A stretch of DNA of 64,000 bases from an uncultured virus (IMG/VR IMGVR_UViG_2897137741_000002) (lineage: Duplodnaviria; Heunggongvirae; Uroviricota; Caudoviricetes): the IMG/VR virus record IMGVR_UViG_2897137741_000002, positions 1 to 64,000 of that record. One strand, given 5' to 3'. Positions 24,917 to 35,400 of this stretch are shown here, piece after piece; position 1 is the stretch's first letter; each line of letters starts with the position of its first letter. The translations under genes were made by a program, and so were the position numbers. The notes beneath the pieces are model-generated. The model had not been told where the DNA came from. It saw nothing but the letters and a program-made list of their open reading frames with translations, and made no database searches.

Positions 24917-25963
24917 TTAGATTGTTGATCCAAACTGTCCCGAGATATATCCACGTTTACCTTTATAAATAACTTCCCAGTAGCCATTGGAATTGTTTTT
25001 ACCTTTAACTGAACCAGAAATGCTGAGCGTATCACCCAGAGTTACTGTGCCAAGGTTCTTCGCTTTATTTTTATCCGGTCTGTCCATTACGATTGCAGCG
25101 CTCTTTACACCGACAATCTTAATTTCGCCTACAGATTTGATTCCGCTGCTATTAGGCTTAGAAGTGGGTTTGGCCTTTGGGGTTGATTGCCCAAGTTCAC
25201 CATCACTTTTAATGTATTTCACATTGACGTAACCACTGTATGTAGCACCTTTAGAGTTTGTATATTTGATATATCCCCAACCGTTTTGAGTTGATCCTTT
25301 TTGATATTGGACAGTGGAGCCTTTAGGGAGGGTAAGTACAATAGAGGAGTTTGCATTGCGCTGGGTTCTCACATTAAGACTGTCTGCGATAACTGTATTC
25401 TTAACATAAGACCCATTTGTTTTAACGACTTTTGTTGGCTTTGAAGATGAGGAAGAAGTATTTCCACCGAGTGCTTTCAATTCAGCAGCAATAGCAGATT
25501 TAACAGCATTCCAACGTCCTTCATCAAGAACTCGATGCGGACAGTATTTGCCAGACCAGTCTTGATGCTTTTTAACTCGATCCACGCCCCAGCCACGTTC
25601 TTTAAGGAGTTGTGCAATAAATTTAATAGCCAACGCTTCAGCTTTTCTATAGCGCTCTCCACCAGATTTAGAGTAGCAAACTTCAACACCGATAGAAGTC
25701 CGGTTTCCTGAATTCACACCTGATCCATCACCTGTATGCCATGCATTACGATTTGTAGGAATCCCTTGAACAACCTCTTTATCATCTACAGCAAAGTGAA
25801 AAGAAACTTCATTATTGTTGCCGATCATATAACTAACTTCATTTTGCGCTGGTGCGTCGTTGTATGTATTGTGAAAAGTGATGAATGAAGCAGATAATGC
25901 ATATGGACATTTGATTGAATATTTCTCTGGGGATACTAACATTTGTCTCGCTTTAATAGCCAT
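24917..25963 (-). CDS. endolysin: Amidase_2 (CwlA/XlyA-type) plus SH3-like binding domains, at the blyA position
   Basis: FHNT, HFAVDD, SIGVEVC, KHQDWSGKYCPH; LNVR..GW SH3b-like domain; BlyA-like last domain. Confidence 0.9.
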   Translation of the reverse strand: MAIKARQMLVSPEKYSIKCPYALSASFITFHNTYNDAPAQNEVSYMIGNNNEVSFHFAVDDKEVVQGIPTNRNAWHTGDGSGVNSGNRTSIGVEVCYSKSGGERYRKAEALAIKFIAQLLKERGWGVDRVKKHQDWSGKYCPHRVLDEGRWNAVKSAIAAELKALGGNTSSSSSKPTKVVKTNGSYVKNTVIADSLNVRTQRNANSSIVLTLPKGSTVQYQKGSTQNGWGYIKYTNSKGATYSGYVNVKYIKSDGELGQSTPKAKPTSKPNSSGIKSVGEIKIVGVKSAAIVMDRPDKNKAKNLGTVTLGDTLSISGSVKGKNNSNGYWEVIYKGKRGYISGQFGSTI

Positions 25964-26077
25964 ATTAAACATCTCTCCTAAATTAAATTTGAGCACAAAA
26001 AAGAGAGAAGGGGACTAAACCCAATCTCTCTTTATCTCACGTATGCTCTTTTTATCTCTGTCTTTCAAGTATGTATT

Positions 26078-26103
26078 TTAAATAAAATCTATATTTTATC
26101 TAG
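26078..26103. repeat. 26-bp junction palindrome, copy 3
   Basis: TTAAATAAAA TCTATA TTTTATCTAG. Confidence 0.75.
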
Positions 26104-26136
26104 AACGTAACCACCACCTTTATTGTTCCTTTATTC

Positions 26137-28071
26137 TTAATCCAAGTTCAAGCTAGGTATATTACCTACGTTACCCGACACTCGTCTTCTGTCTATATCT
26201 GATGGAGTTCTAATGAAAGCTGTTCCTTCAACATCACTATAAACTGAGTTTCCAGTTACAATTAAATCGTTTGTTCCAGTGTCTTCTTGAATAAAGTAAA
26301 GGTGATAATCAGAGTGGCATTGCTTGAAAACATTATCAGAGAAAACAGCTTCTCTTACAGATCCCCAAATTGCGCGATCAATATTATTAGTGATAATGTT
26401 TCCTGAACAAATTGCATTTTGAGAGTTTTTGTACCGGACGAAGGTTTTTAAGGATTTTGCGAGGTTATTCTTAGTGAAGATATTTGCAGCATTACCCACC
26501 CAAAGGGCAGTACCGCTAAATGTGATCTCAGAGTCAATTAGTTTAATAATTTCTCCTTCAGCAACGTTAATGCACTCGTTGGCTATATTGGAAATATACA
26601 TTCCTTCAATCGTTATAGACTTGCCGATCCCGTGAATACTCACTCCTCGATCTGTAGCATTAACCAAGCTGCAGTCTTTCATTTTAAATGATTTTATATT
26701 TCCGCCTGCGATCAATCGGCAGCTACTCTTATTTACACTGCTATTGCCATCAATTTCAATGCCTTCTATATAATTGTGATCTGTGATTCGCAACAATTCA
26801 TCAAGTGAGTGATTTGGATTTCGAAGGAGTTTAGTGTAGGATCGTCTTTCACCAACAATTGAGACATTTGAAGGGAGTTCAATTTTTTCACTAGCGCTAG
26901 TTGTATTCTGTTTACCGATTAAATATGTACCTTTCGGAAAATGTAGTTTCCCTCCACCTTTTTCAGATAAATCACTAAGGGCTTTTTTAAACTTAGCTGT
27001 ATTATCGATTAAGCCATCTGGTGAGAAGCCTAAATCTAATACATTCCAAGTAGGCTTGGATTCAATAAACTCTACACGTCTGTTTAGACTTGTTGCCAAA
27101 CCTCTTCCTTCTTGAACTTCAAAAAATCTGCTATCTGTATCGTCATCAGGATATGAAATTGTTAAGGTATCGACCACTGCACGTTCAATGCCATCACTAA
27201 TGTTATTAATATATTTTCCTTCAACAACAGTTTGAGAGCTTCCACCACCATCTAAAAGAAATGCATTAACACAGCCTTCAGATAAAAATAAAGATGGCAT
27301 ATCATAAGCTGTAATACCACTGGATCGAAGTGAGCGGCCATCTACAGTAATGATAACTAGTGTACCATCAGATCTTTGTCCAATGGCTTGTCGAGGATGC
27401 TTAACATTTAAATCTGCCCATGTAGTCATTTGAGCGGTTCTTGGCTTAGAATCTTTAACTAACCAAATGCCAAAAGCAAAAGAGTTTCGTGCGCCTTTGG
27501 AAATTAGGATGTCGGCATCAACTTCTCTGTTTCCGTAAACCTTCATAGTTCCATCGTCAAAAAATACACAAGCCTCAGCGCCTGTATATCCAGCAGCGTC
27601 ATAATCTTTGTAGAGAACTCCGTCTTTAATTTGAAGCCCCATGACTTCACCATTTGACCGCCAACCACTAGCGTTTATTGCAACAACAGATCTTTTTCGT
27701 TTGGCCATACTTAAAACTGTTTCACGATTTGTTGTACCAAAATAAGATGATGTGGGATCAATGGATTTTTCAAAGTCGTATGCAAACGTTTTTTGAATCA
27801 TACTTTTTTTAGCTTCGGTTGTTTTAGGAGTAACCTTTGTAACATAGTACTCAATACCAAGAGTGACATCCTGTTTAAAAGAACTTGTTACTGTAAAATA
27901 TCTGTCATCAGTTAATACCTTGTTTAAAATTTCTGTTGTTTTCGTTTCTACTTCATTAAACTTCTGAGTAATTTTAGGAGCGGTGTATTCTTCTCCTTCT
28001 GAAGCTAGTAGTTCAACAGGCATCGGAACATATTTATCTAAATTTTGATCATATCTATAAAAACCAGCCAT
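26137..28071 (-). CDS. yomE: tail-associated phosphodiester glycosidase + beta-helix protein
   Basis: HPRQAIG, VDGR, LDGGGSS (NAGPA-like); DNT..F / FPKGTY pectin-lyase fold; 644 aa. Confidence 0.85.
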   Translation of the reverse strand: MAGFYRYDQNLDKYVPMPVELLASEGEEYTAPKITQKFNEVETKTTEILNKVLTDDRYFTVTSSFKQDVTLGIEYYVTKVTPKTTEAKKSMIQKTFAYDFEKSIDPTSSYFGTTNRETVLSMAKRKRSVVAINASGWRSNGEVMGLQIKDGVLYKDYDAAGYTGAEACVFFDDGTMKVYGNREVDADILISKGARNSFAFGIWLVKDSKPRTAQMTTWADLNVKHPRQAIGQRSDGTLVIITVDGRSLRSSGITAYDMPSLFLSEGCVNAFLLDGGGSSQTVVEGKYINNISDGIERAVVDTLTISYPDDDTDSRFFEVQEGRGLATSLNRRVEFIESKPTWNVLDLGFSPDGLIDNTAKFKKALSDLSEKGGGKLHFPKGTYLIGKQNTTSASEKIELPSNVSIVGERRSYTKLLRNPNHSLDELLRITDHNYIEGIEIDGNSSVNKSSCRLIAGGNIKSFKMKDCSLVNATDRGVSIHGIGKSITIEGMYISNIANECINVAEGEIIKLIDSEITFSGTALWVGNAANIFTKNNLAKSLKTFVRYKNSQNAICSGNIITNNIDRAIWGSVREAVFSDNVFKQCHSDYHLYFIQEDTGTNDLIVTGNSVYSDVEGTAFIRTPSDIDRRRVSGNVGNIPSLNLD

Positions 28072-28107
28072 AACTTTCCTCCAATAAAAAAGATCCCAAA
28101 GGGGATC

Positions 28108-28929
28108 TTAGTCAGTTTTGTACCATACTTGTCCTGAATCTGGTGCTGTATCTGAAACAACAACTCGTTTTTTCTCAGGTGAAAAAGAGGCATCCTTATA
28201 CCAGATATAATTTGCATTAAATGGCTCTGTTGCGCTTAGCAGTATATTGAAACCTTCATATACTTCGGAAGTTCCAATATCTACCCACTCAAATCCATCC
28301 CACCGATAAACGATTTTTGTTTCTTTAACAGTCACCGTCCAACCAATCTGTGGGGTTGGGTAATAGGTGAAAATATCTGAATAGGTATAGACAGATGGTT
28401 TATAAATTTTTCTTGTATTTTCTACAACTTCTTCATAATTTGATGTAGCCTGTCTACACCAAGCTGTCACTTCTTGGCACCGTTTTGTAACTCGTTCACA
28501 TTCAGCTATACGTTCATTCATTCGAATTATTGTATCTTCAGCTTCATCGATAAGTCCTTGAAGAGTTTCAATAACCATATTCCCTTGTCGTTTTATCCAA
28601 ATTCGAGAGGCAGGGAAGAAGGAGGCACCTTCACCACTGTAATTAAAGGTAAGTGATTTTCCTTCATTTGAAACATTAAAAAAGACAACACCCATAAGGT
28701 AATCAACCTTAAAATAATTGTCTTCAAGCTCACCATCTTCAATTTCTCGCCATTCCTTGTTACTTCCTATAACTTCGACACGAAACTCTCTGTTTGGAAT
28801 CTCAGTCAGAAGTACTCTGCCGTTATAGACAGTTAATGTCTCATTATAAGTCAGATAGGGATCATCAACTGAACCTTTTCTTTTTTTACTTAAAATTGGA
28901 TCGTTATACAATTCAGCAAAGTCGGTCAG
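28108..28929 (-). CDS. yomF: tail/baseplate protein YomF (likely CTG start)
   Basis: RBS GGAGGTG 6 nt before CTG; 273 aa; synteny. Confidence 0.75.
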   Translation of the reverse strand: MTDFAELYNDPILSKKRKGSVDDPYLTYNETLTVYNGRVLLTEIPNREFRVEVIGSNKEWREIEDGELEDNYFKVDYLMGVVFFNVSNEGKSLTFNYSGEGASFFPASRIWIKRQGNMVIETLQGLIDEAEDTIIRMNERIAECERVTKRCQEVTAWCRQATSNYEEVVENTRKIYKPSVYTYSDIFTYYPTPQIGWTVTVKETKIVYRWDGFEWVDIGTSEVYEGFNILLSATEPFNANYIWYKDASFSPEKKRVVVSDTAPDSGQVWYKTD

Positions 28930-28944
28930 ATTAATCACCTCCGT

Positions 28945-31587
28945 TTAATTTTGCTGGTAAGCTTCCCATATATATTTGACATTTAATTTGTTTCCTCTAA
29001 AATTTTCATCTGAGCCAGTTAAAAAGATTTTATCGCCTAAAGCTCCGTAGCTTAAATCTCCGCCAATTAGAGAAAGACCAGACGCTGTACATTGATAGGC
29101 ATAACCACCTGTAGGACTTTCAATAACCAGCATACTGTCTTCATTTGAAATTGGAGTTATTTTGACTAGATCTGGAGTAAAGGAGAGGGGGATTTGTTTA
29201 CTTGGAGTACCGTCTCCTATATAAACACCCTTTGCGAACTTAGGAGGTAGGGGGATATTTTCAGCTAATACATAATCTGATGCTGGTCGTCCACCTAACA
29301 ACTCTGCATTACCGTCTATTGAACCACTAATAATTCCTAATTCATTGCGCACTGGTATTGAATTTGGCGAGGTGGTTGTAGAAGCTGTAAAACCATTTAA
29401 GGAGTCTGCTGAACCTGCAGATGAGACAATCCATTCTTCTCCGTTAAACAGTTCTTGTTTATTGTTCTGAGGATTGATCCAAATTGTCCCTGTCTCTGGA
29501 TCTTCTGGTTTAGTTTCTGTGGAGATTGTATAGAGACCATTAACTTTTCCACTAAGGCTTCCTTTTACTTCAATAGAAGGAGAAGGGAGATAGGGGTTTT
29601 CAGAAGGATGACTTGATTTAACTATATCCGAAAGAAGAATTTGATTAATATCAATATCTGCATCTACTCTTCGATATGCTTGAATACCAATCGTATAGTA
29701 CATATTTGAAGGCAAGCCGGTAAAAGTAGCTGTGCGCCTGTCATATTTAACATTTTGTAAATTTTCACTGGCTTGCACAGAGCCAAATGTGTATTCTTCA
29801 TTGTCATCACTACCGTGTAAGTAAACCTCAAATCCATCAATGTTGTATTTGTCCTCATCGGAATCAACATAGTTCCACTGAATGGTTATATCAACTGACC
29901 CGTTATCATTTACTTTATGGGTAATTGCAGTGCCATCAGAAGCAATGGTAGGAGGAGCAGGCTGCACTGAGATTCTGTCATTTCGGATATTGAAGTTTTC
30001 AGTTACTTTGTCCCATTCAATCTTTCTTTTGTTTAATTCAGTACTTATTTTGTTGGTTCTGTAAACGGTCTTTATAATTTTCTCAAAATCAGATTGAACT
30101 CTTTTTCCATTTGTAACGGTGACACTAATATTTGATTGTTCAAAATCAATTGTTATTGCTGAAAGTATGGCTTTAATATCGGTATTTAAATCACTTTGTT
30201 GAACTCGTACTATGTCTCCTAAACTGAACCTATCCCAGTTATGTTTTTCACTAAGACAGTTAAAAAAGTTTACTATATCGAGTGTTACATTTACTGGTGG
30301 TGTATTGCGACTTTCGAGTTCTTCGTTGGCATCATCATAAAGTTCATTCTCATCATAGATGCTGTCATTTGACCACTCAGTTGTCGAAATGAAACGTGAG
30401 AGCAGTTTTTGCTGATTTTCACTAAAATTGTTCTCAAAAGAAAGCTTTTCTTTAAGCTTAGAAATTGAAGCGGATATTTGAGAAATTGTTGATTCAATCG
30501 TAGCAATTTGGTTTTTCTTTTCTGCAACTGCTTTCTGTTTTACGACAAGTTGAGCTTTCAGTTTACTTGTGTCATCACCAGCTTTCTTCGCAACTTCAAT
30601 TCGATCTAATAGCTTTTGGACTTCAAGATCGAGGGTGTAAAGCTCATTATTCAATTCGGTTAAACTAGTCTCAGCTTCGTTCTTTTGGGTGAGAAGTTTA
30701 TTAAACGCATTTCCTTCGTTATTAACAAGGTCATTGTAATCAAGAATTGCATGACAAAGTTCATCGGGCATATAAGCACTGTGGGAAATTACATTTCGTT
30801 GTTCATCACGTTGAAAGGGGAAGAGGAAATAAGAAAAGTCATCAATGTAGGATTGTCCAGTTGGGTTCACTGAATTAATACCGATACCATCTTTTCCAGT
30901 AGCATATAGTCTTGTTATTAATTCATCTGCATCATCCGAATCGTCCATGCTAATCATATATTGTCGGGGGTTAAGTTTAAGGCCTTTGTATTTGGAAATG
31001 TCAGATTCTTTATAGAAGCTTACAGTTTCTTTTACTGTATCAAAGACTGGAACTGCATCGAATTTCTCACAGATTGTATATAAAAAATCAAGCTTGTTAG
31101 TTGATGATACATCAAACTGTCTTCGTTTTATGTTAAAGAGAGTATCTATGTATCCAACCGTCCAACTAGTATTCTTCAAACAGTCTGCAACTACTTCTTG
31201 GAGGTTTTTAGAGATCTCCTCATATTTAAGAACGCTTATTCTGCTCAATTCATGTTGAAGAGATCTGCACTCAACTTGTACAGTATCCATTTCACTGCTA
31301 AAAGACTTGGTTCTTTTAGTGATAATAAACCAAATCGTAAGCCCATAGAACGCTGTTTTAATTAGGTACCAGGGTTTTAGTAAATCTACAACATGGTTTC
31401 TTTTAATTATGCCATCATAGGTTGCTTTAAGCGGAATAGAGAAGGAGAGTTCGTGAACGCTGCTTCCATGATTTAAAGTTACAGTTGGATTCAGAACTTC
31501 ATCAATGTTGGCTATTTTAGTCTTGTCTGGCTTAGCAAGGGATAAGCGTATGTTTTTTATTTCTGTGTCCTTGCGAATAGTTATCAA
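28945..31587 (-). CDS. yomG: tail-associated (Tal/hub-like) protein with coiled coil and Fn3-like region
   Basis: 880 aa; [11 protein letters not shown] prophage-tail motif; follows Dit-like gene. Confidence 0.8.
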   Translation of the reverse strand: MITIRKDTEIKNIRLSLAKPDKTKIANIDEVLNPTVTLNHGSSVHELSFSIPLKATYDGIIKRNHVVDLLKPWYLIKTAFYGLTIWFIITKRTKSFSSEMDTVQVECRSLQHELSRISVLKYEEISKNLQEVVADCLKNTSWTVGYIDTLFNIKRRQFDVSSTNKLDFLYTICEKFDAVPVFDTVKETVSFYKESDISKYKGLKLNPRQYMISMDDSDDADELITRLYATGKDGIGINSVNPTGQSYIDDFSYFLFPFQRDEQRNVISHSAYMPDELCHAILDYNDLVNNEGNAFNKLLTQKNEAETSLTELNNELYTLDLEVQKLLDRIEVAKKAGDDTSKLKAQLVVKQKAVAEKKNQIATIESTISQISASISKLKEKLSFENNFSENQQKLLSRFISTTEWSNDSIYDENELYDDANEELESRNTPPVNVTLDIVNFFNCLSEKHNWDRFSLGDIVRVQQSDLNTDIKAILSAITIDFEQSNISVTVTNGKRVQSDFEKIIKTVYRTNKISTELNKRKIEWDKVTENFNIRNDRISVQPAPPTIASDGTAITHKVNDNGSVDITIQWNYVDSDEDKYNIDGFEVYLHGSDDNEEYTFGSVQASENLQNVKYDRRTATFTGLPSNMYYTIGIQAYRRVDADIDINQILLSDIVKSSHPSENPYLPSPSIEVKGSLSGKVNGLYTISTETKPEDPETGTIWINPQNNKQELFNGEEWIVSSAGSADSLNGFTASTTTSPNSIPVRNELGIISGSIDGNAELLGGRPASDYVLAENIPLPPKFAKGVYIGDGTPSKQIPLSFTPDLVKITPISNEDSMLVIESPTGGYAYQCTASGLSLIGGDLSYGALGDKIFLTGSDENFRGNKLNVKYIWEAYQQN

Positions 31588-31599
31588 TTTTTCACCTTC

Positions 31600-32361
31600 T
31601 TATCGATACTTAAATCTGAAAGTGAATCTCAGTTTGCATTTTCCGGTCACTTTTAATCGGTTTTTTCCGTAATCCAATTTAATATAATTGTCATTAAAAT
31701 CATCATATCTTTCATTCCCATATAAAGACGATTCAATTGTTTCTTTGACGCCATTCACTTTAACAATTTCTCTGTCTTTTAGATTGCTGAAAATAAAGGG
31801 GGCAGTATAATCACTTAGGTTCTCGATTTTCACATCGCCATCGCCAATTTTAAGAATTTCAACAGTGGGGTAAATCGCAACATCGCCTTTATTATGGAGT
31901 TCAATGATTTTCATTTCTGATGATATATCAAAGGAATGGGTACTTGTGTTTCGACTGTATGCATAAGGGGAGTTGCATTTCATTGTTAAACGAACATATC
32001 CATGTCTAGCCGCATTATGGACTAAATCACTGGTGTCCACGGGCATTGCATAATACACAATGTCTAAATTTTCACTGAACGCTAAAGGCTTGTAATCATC
32101 AACATCTAGCCAGCGCTTAATTGCTCTTATTTTTTTCTCATCATAATTTTCACCAACATAAAAGTTTAAAGGAAATTGTTTTGCTTCTCTTTTGACACCT
32201 TCAGTGTACGGTTCTGATCTTCCTTTTACATAAGTTTCATTAACTGATCGTGAACCCAAAAAAGATTCCTCAACTAACCCAGACTCTGTATTAACGTTTT
32301 CTACACCGTAGTCGATCGACTTTACGTTATCAAACATGAAATATTGGCTCTGCCTAATCAA
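31600..32361 (-). CDS. yomH: distal tail protein (Dit-like)
   Basis: CNSPYAY, NKGD, LDYGKNRL motifs; follows the tape measure gene. Confidence 0.8.
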   Translation of the reverse strand: MIRQSQYFMFDNVKSIDYGVENVNTESGLVEESFLGSRSVNETYVKGRSEPYTEGVKREAKQFPLNFYVGENYDEKKIRAIKRWLDVDDYKPLAFSENLDIVYYAMPVDTSDLVHNAARHGYVRLTMKCNSPYAYSRNTSTHSFDISSEMKIIELHNKGDVAIYPTVEILKIGDGDVKIENLSDYTAPFIFSNLKDREIVKVNGVKETIESSLYGNERYDDFNDNYIKLDYGKNRLKVTGKCKLRFTFRFKYR

Positions 32362-32404
32362 TTTTTCACCCCCAATATAAATAGAGCCGGCAATCTTAGC
32401 CGGC

Positions 32405-35400
32405 TCATGTGATGTTGAAATTTAGTCCAGTATTTTTAAGCCCATTTGCTAATTGTTTGTATACTAAGCTTGCAGTCTCTTTAGCATTACTAGCTTCTGT
32501 TACATTAATTGTGATTGAGTTCTGATTGTTTGATGTATTCCCTTGAGGTGTAGAAGGGGGTACAGTAGGTGTCGAGAAGTTTTTAAGAGTTGGAAAGCCT
32601 TTAGTTAGATTTGTTTGACTAGAAACCGCGGCGTTCATAGCAGGTGTGACAAGAGCAATACTCTTACTTAAAACATCTGAAGGTTGACCCCATTTAGAGG
32701 TAGTCTTTGTTGAACTATCGGTGGACGTTTGACGAACTTGTTTCACAGCTTCCAGCATGTTTTCAGTATCTGTCTTGTTTAAAATAAGTTCCTTGTCATG
32801 TAAGAATGCGAGCTTTCCTGCTCCAAGTCCCGTGCCTGTATATCCACCAGAAGCAAATGATGACACCTTTTTACCTGTTGTATTACCAGTTGTAACGGTA
32901 TTTAATGCACTGGCAGCGTCCTTAAGCTTATCAATCAAGTTATTGGAAATACTTTTCCCAATCGACTTCATATTCTCGTTTATGAACTTGGTGAATTCAT
33001 TAAGCTGTTTAGCGATATCAGTGATTTTACCATCCATAAGCTTATCTTCAAGCTTTTTGAATGCTCGTTCATCATTTACCAGGTCATCGTACTTGTTGTT
33101 AATTGATTCCTCATCTTTATCAAGCTGATCCTGGAGGGCTTCTTTCCGTTTTGTGTTGCTGCGATCTTTTATATACTCATCCAAAGCTTCCTGTTGTTCT
33201 TGAAGTTGTTTCTCTAGGTCTTTGACTTGCGATTTAGCCTCAGAGGAGTCGTCCATGGAAAGTTTACTGATCTTATCTTTTGTTTCCTGTATTGCTTGGT
33301 TTTTCTCCTTCAATTCCTTTTGATATTTAGCTTCTTCGTCTTCTTTGTCGATCTCATCAATCTTATCTTGTGTCGCTTTCTGATGGGCTTCTAACTCAAT
33401 ATCCCGCATTTTTTCGTACATCTCTTTGTAGATGGATACAACTTCATCAGCCAATGATTTATAGATGTCCTTGATCGACTTCTTGGTGTTATAAAGCTCA
33501 AGGTTAAAATCTTTCTGTTTATCTTTCCAGTTTTCGATTTCATCAGTGATCTGTTCCTGGATGTCAGGGAAACCTTTCGCAGCTTTCTTTTGCTCTTCAA
33601 GCAGTTTGATATATTTTTTGGCTTCCTTTTGTTGTTGCTGAATGAGCTTTATCTGCTTGCTATAGTACTTAACCTTGTCCTCATCTTCTTCAGTCATTGA
33701 AATTTTATTATCAACATCTTTAATTTTCCCTTGGGTTTTAGAAGATGACTTTTCAATTGACTTAAGGGTCTCATCAACTTTAGATTGGACAAGTTGCTTC
33801 TGTAGCTCACGAACCTGATCTTGAACAGAAATTAAATCTAGCTTGGCTTGTTTAAGCTCTTCTTGAAGCTGGGCACGTTGAGCGGAGTTTAATGCTTTAT
33901 TTGTTTTTATTTCTTTTTGAATCCAATTAACTTTTTGTTGTTGGATTTTAGCTTGTTCTGCAACAGCTTTTTTCTGATCAGAGGTGTATTTGCGGAATTC
34001 CTTGCTGTCAGAAGTGTATCGGTTAGCCATTGATTCATCTTTAGCTATCCGAACATCAAAATCCCCAATTCTTTTATCAAACTCATCGAGTTTGGATTGA
34101 ACTAGTTCATACTGAAGTTCTTGAATCTGATCATTGACTGAATTTATATCTCCTTGAAGGGAGAGAAGATCAGATTTAGCCTGGGCTATCCCTTGTTGCC
34201 GTTCTGCCTCAGCTTGTGACGCATCTGAAATAGAAGTTCCAATACCTTGCATGTACTTTTCAGGATCGATTGTTTTTCCATTTTGTTCGATCTGTAAATG
34301 AAGGTGGTTTCCAGTTGAGTTCCCTGTGCTACCAACTTTACCAATAGTTTGACCGGCTTTAACTGATTGACCTGTTTTAACAGAAGGAGTGTTAAGCATG
34401 TGCATGTACTTGGCAACTGTTCCATCATCTTGTTTAATAACAACCCAGTTACCTGCAGTTTTACTGTAGCCAGCAATTTGGACTTTACCACTTTGAAGAG
34501 ATTTAATTGCTGTACCTGCTTTTGCAGCAAAATCAGTTCCTTTGTGTGGGGAGGAGCGGAGACCAGATTCCTGTTGTCCATATTTGGAGCTTACTCTAAA
34601 AGCGCTATTATTTGTATAATAGCTGGCGATTGAAGAAGTGGCAGATGAGAGCGATTTGCTATAGTTGGACATGATCTTCTTGACGTAATTCTGTGTTTCT
34701 TTAAAAGGAGGGATACCGCCATATTTAATTACGTTACCAGGCCCAGCATTATATGCAGCCAATGCTTTTTCAACATTACCGCCAAACTTTTCAAGTTGTT
34801 GGGCGAGGTACTTTGTTCCACCCATAACATTTTGATAAGGATCGTAAGCGTTATTTACTCCTAAGCTTTTTGCTGTTGCTGGCATCAGTTGCATTAATCC
34901 CATGGCACCTACACCAGACCGTGCTTTAGCATTAAAACCTGATTCTTGCTGAATTACAGCTGCAATAAGGGCAGGGTCAACATTGTACTTGCTAGCTGCT
35001 GAATTTATGTAGCTTGAATACTTGCCTGAATATGATCCACCAGTTGAGGAGGGGGTTCCACCAGAAGAAGTTGTAGAGGTTACAATACCGTATTGAGTAA
35101 TGTTACCGGATTTAATTTGATCTTTAAGTAGCTTAGCTTGTTCCTGCATAAGCTTTTTCTTTTGCTGAAGTGCTTTAATTTCTTTCTTGATTGCATCTCG
35201 ATATTTCTGAGAGTATTTAGGATAATCATTGACCTGCTTGTTGTACTTGTCAATCTCAGCATTAACTTTTTCTAATGCTTCCTTGTATTTATCAACAACA
35301 TACATGGAAGTCTTGGTTTCTTCATTGGCTTTTTCTTGTTGATCTGTCCAATTCTCCAATGATGTTCCAGCTTCAATAAGTGCCTGTTTATTCATTTCTT

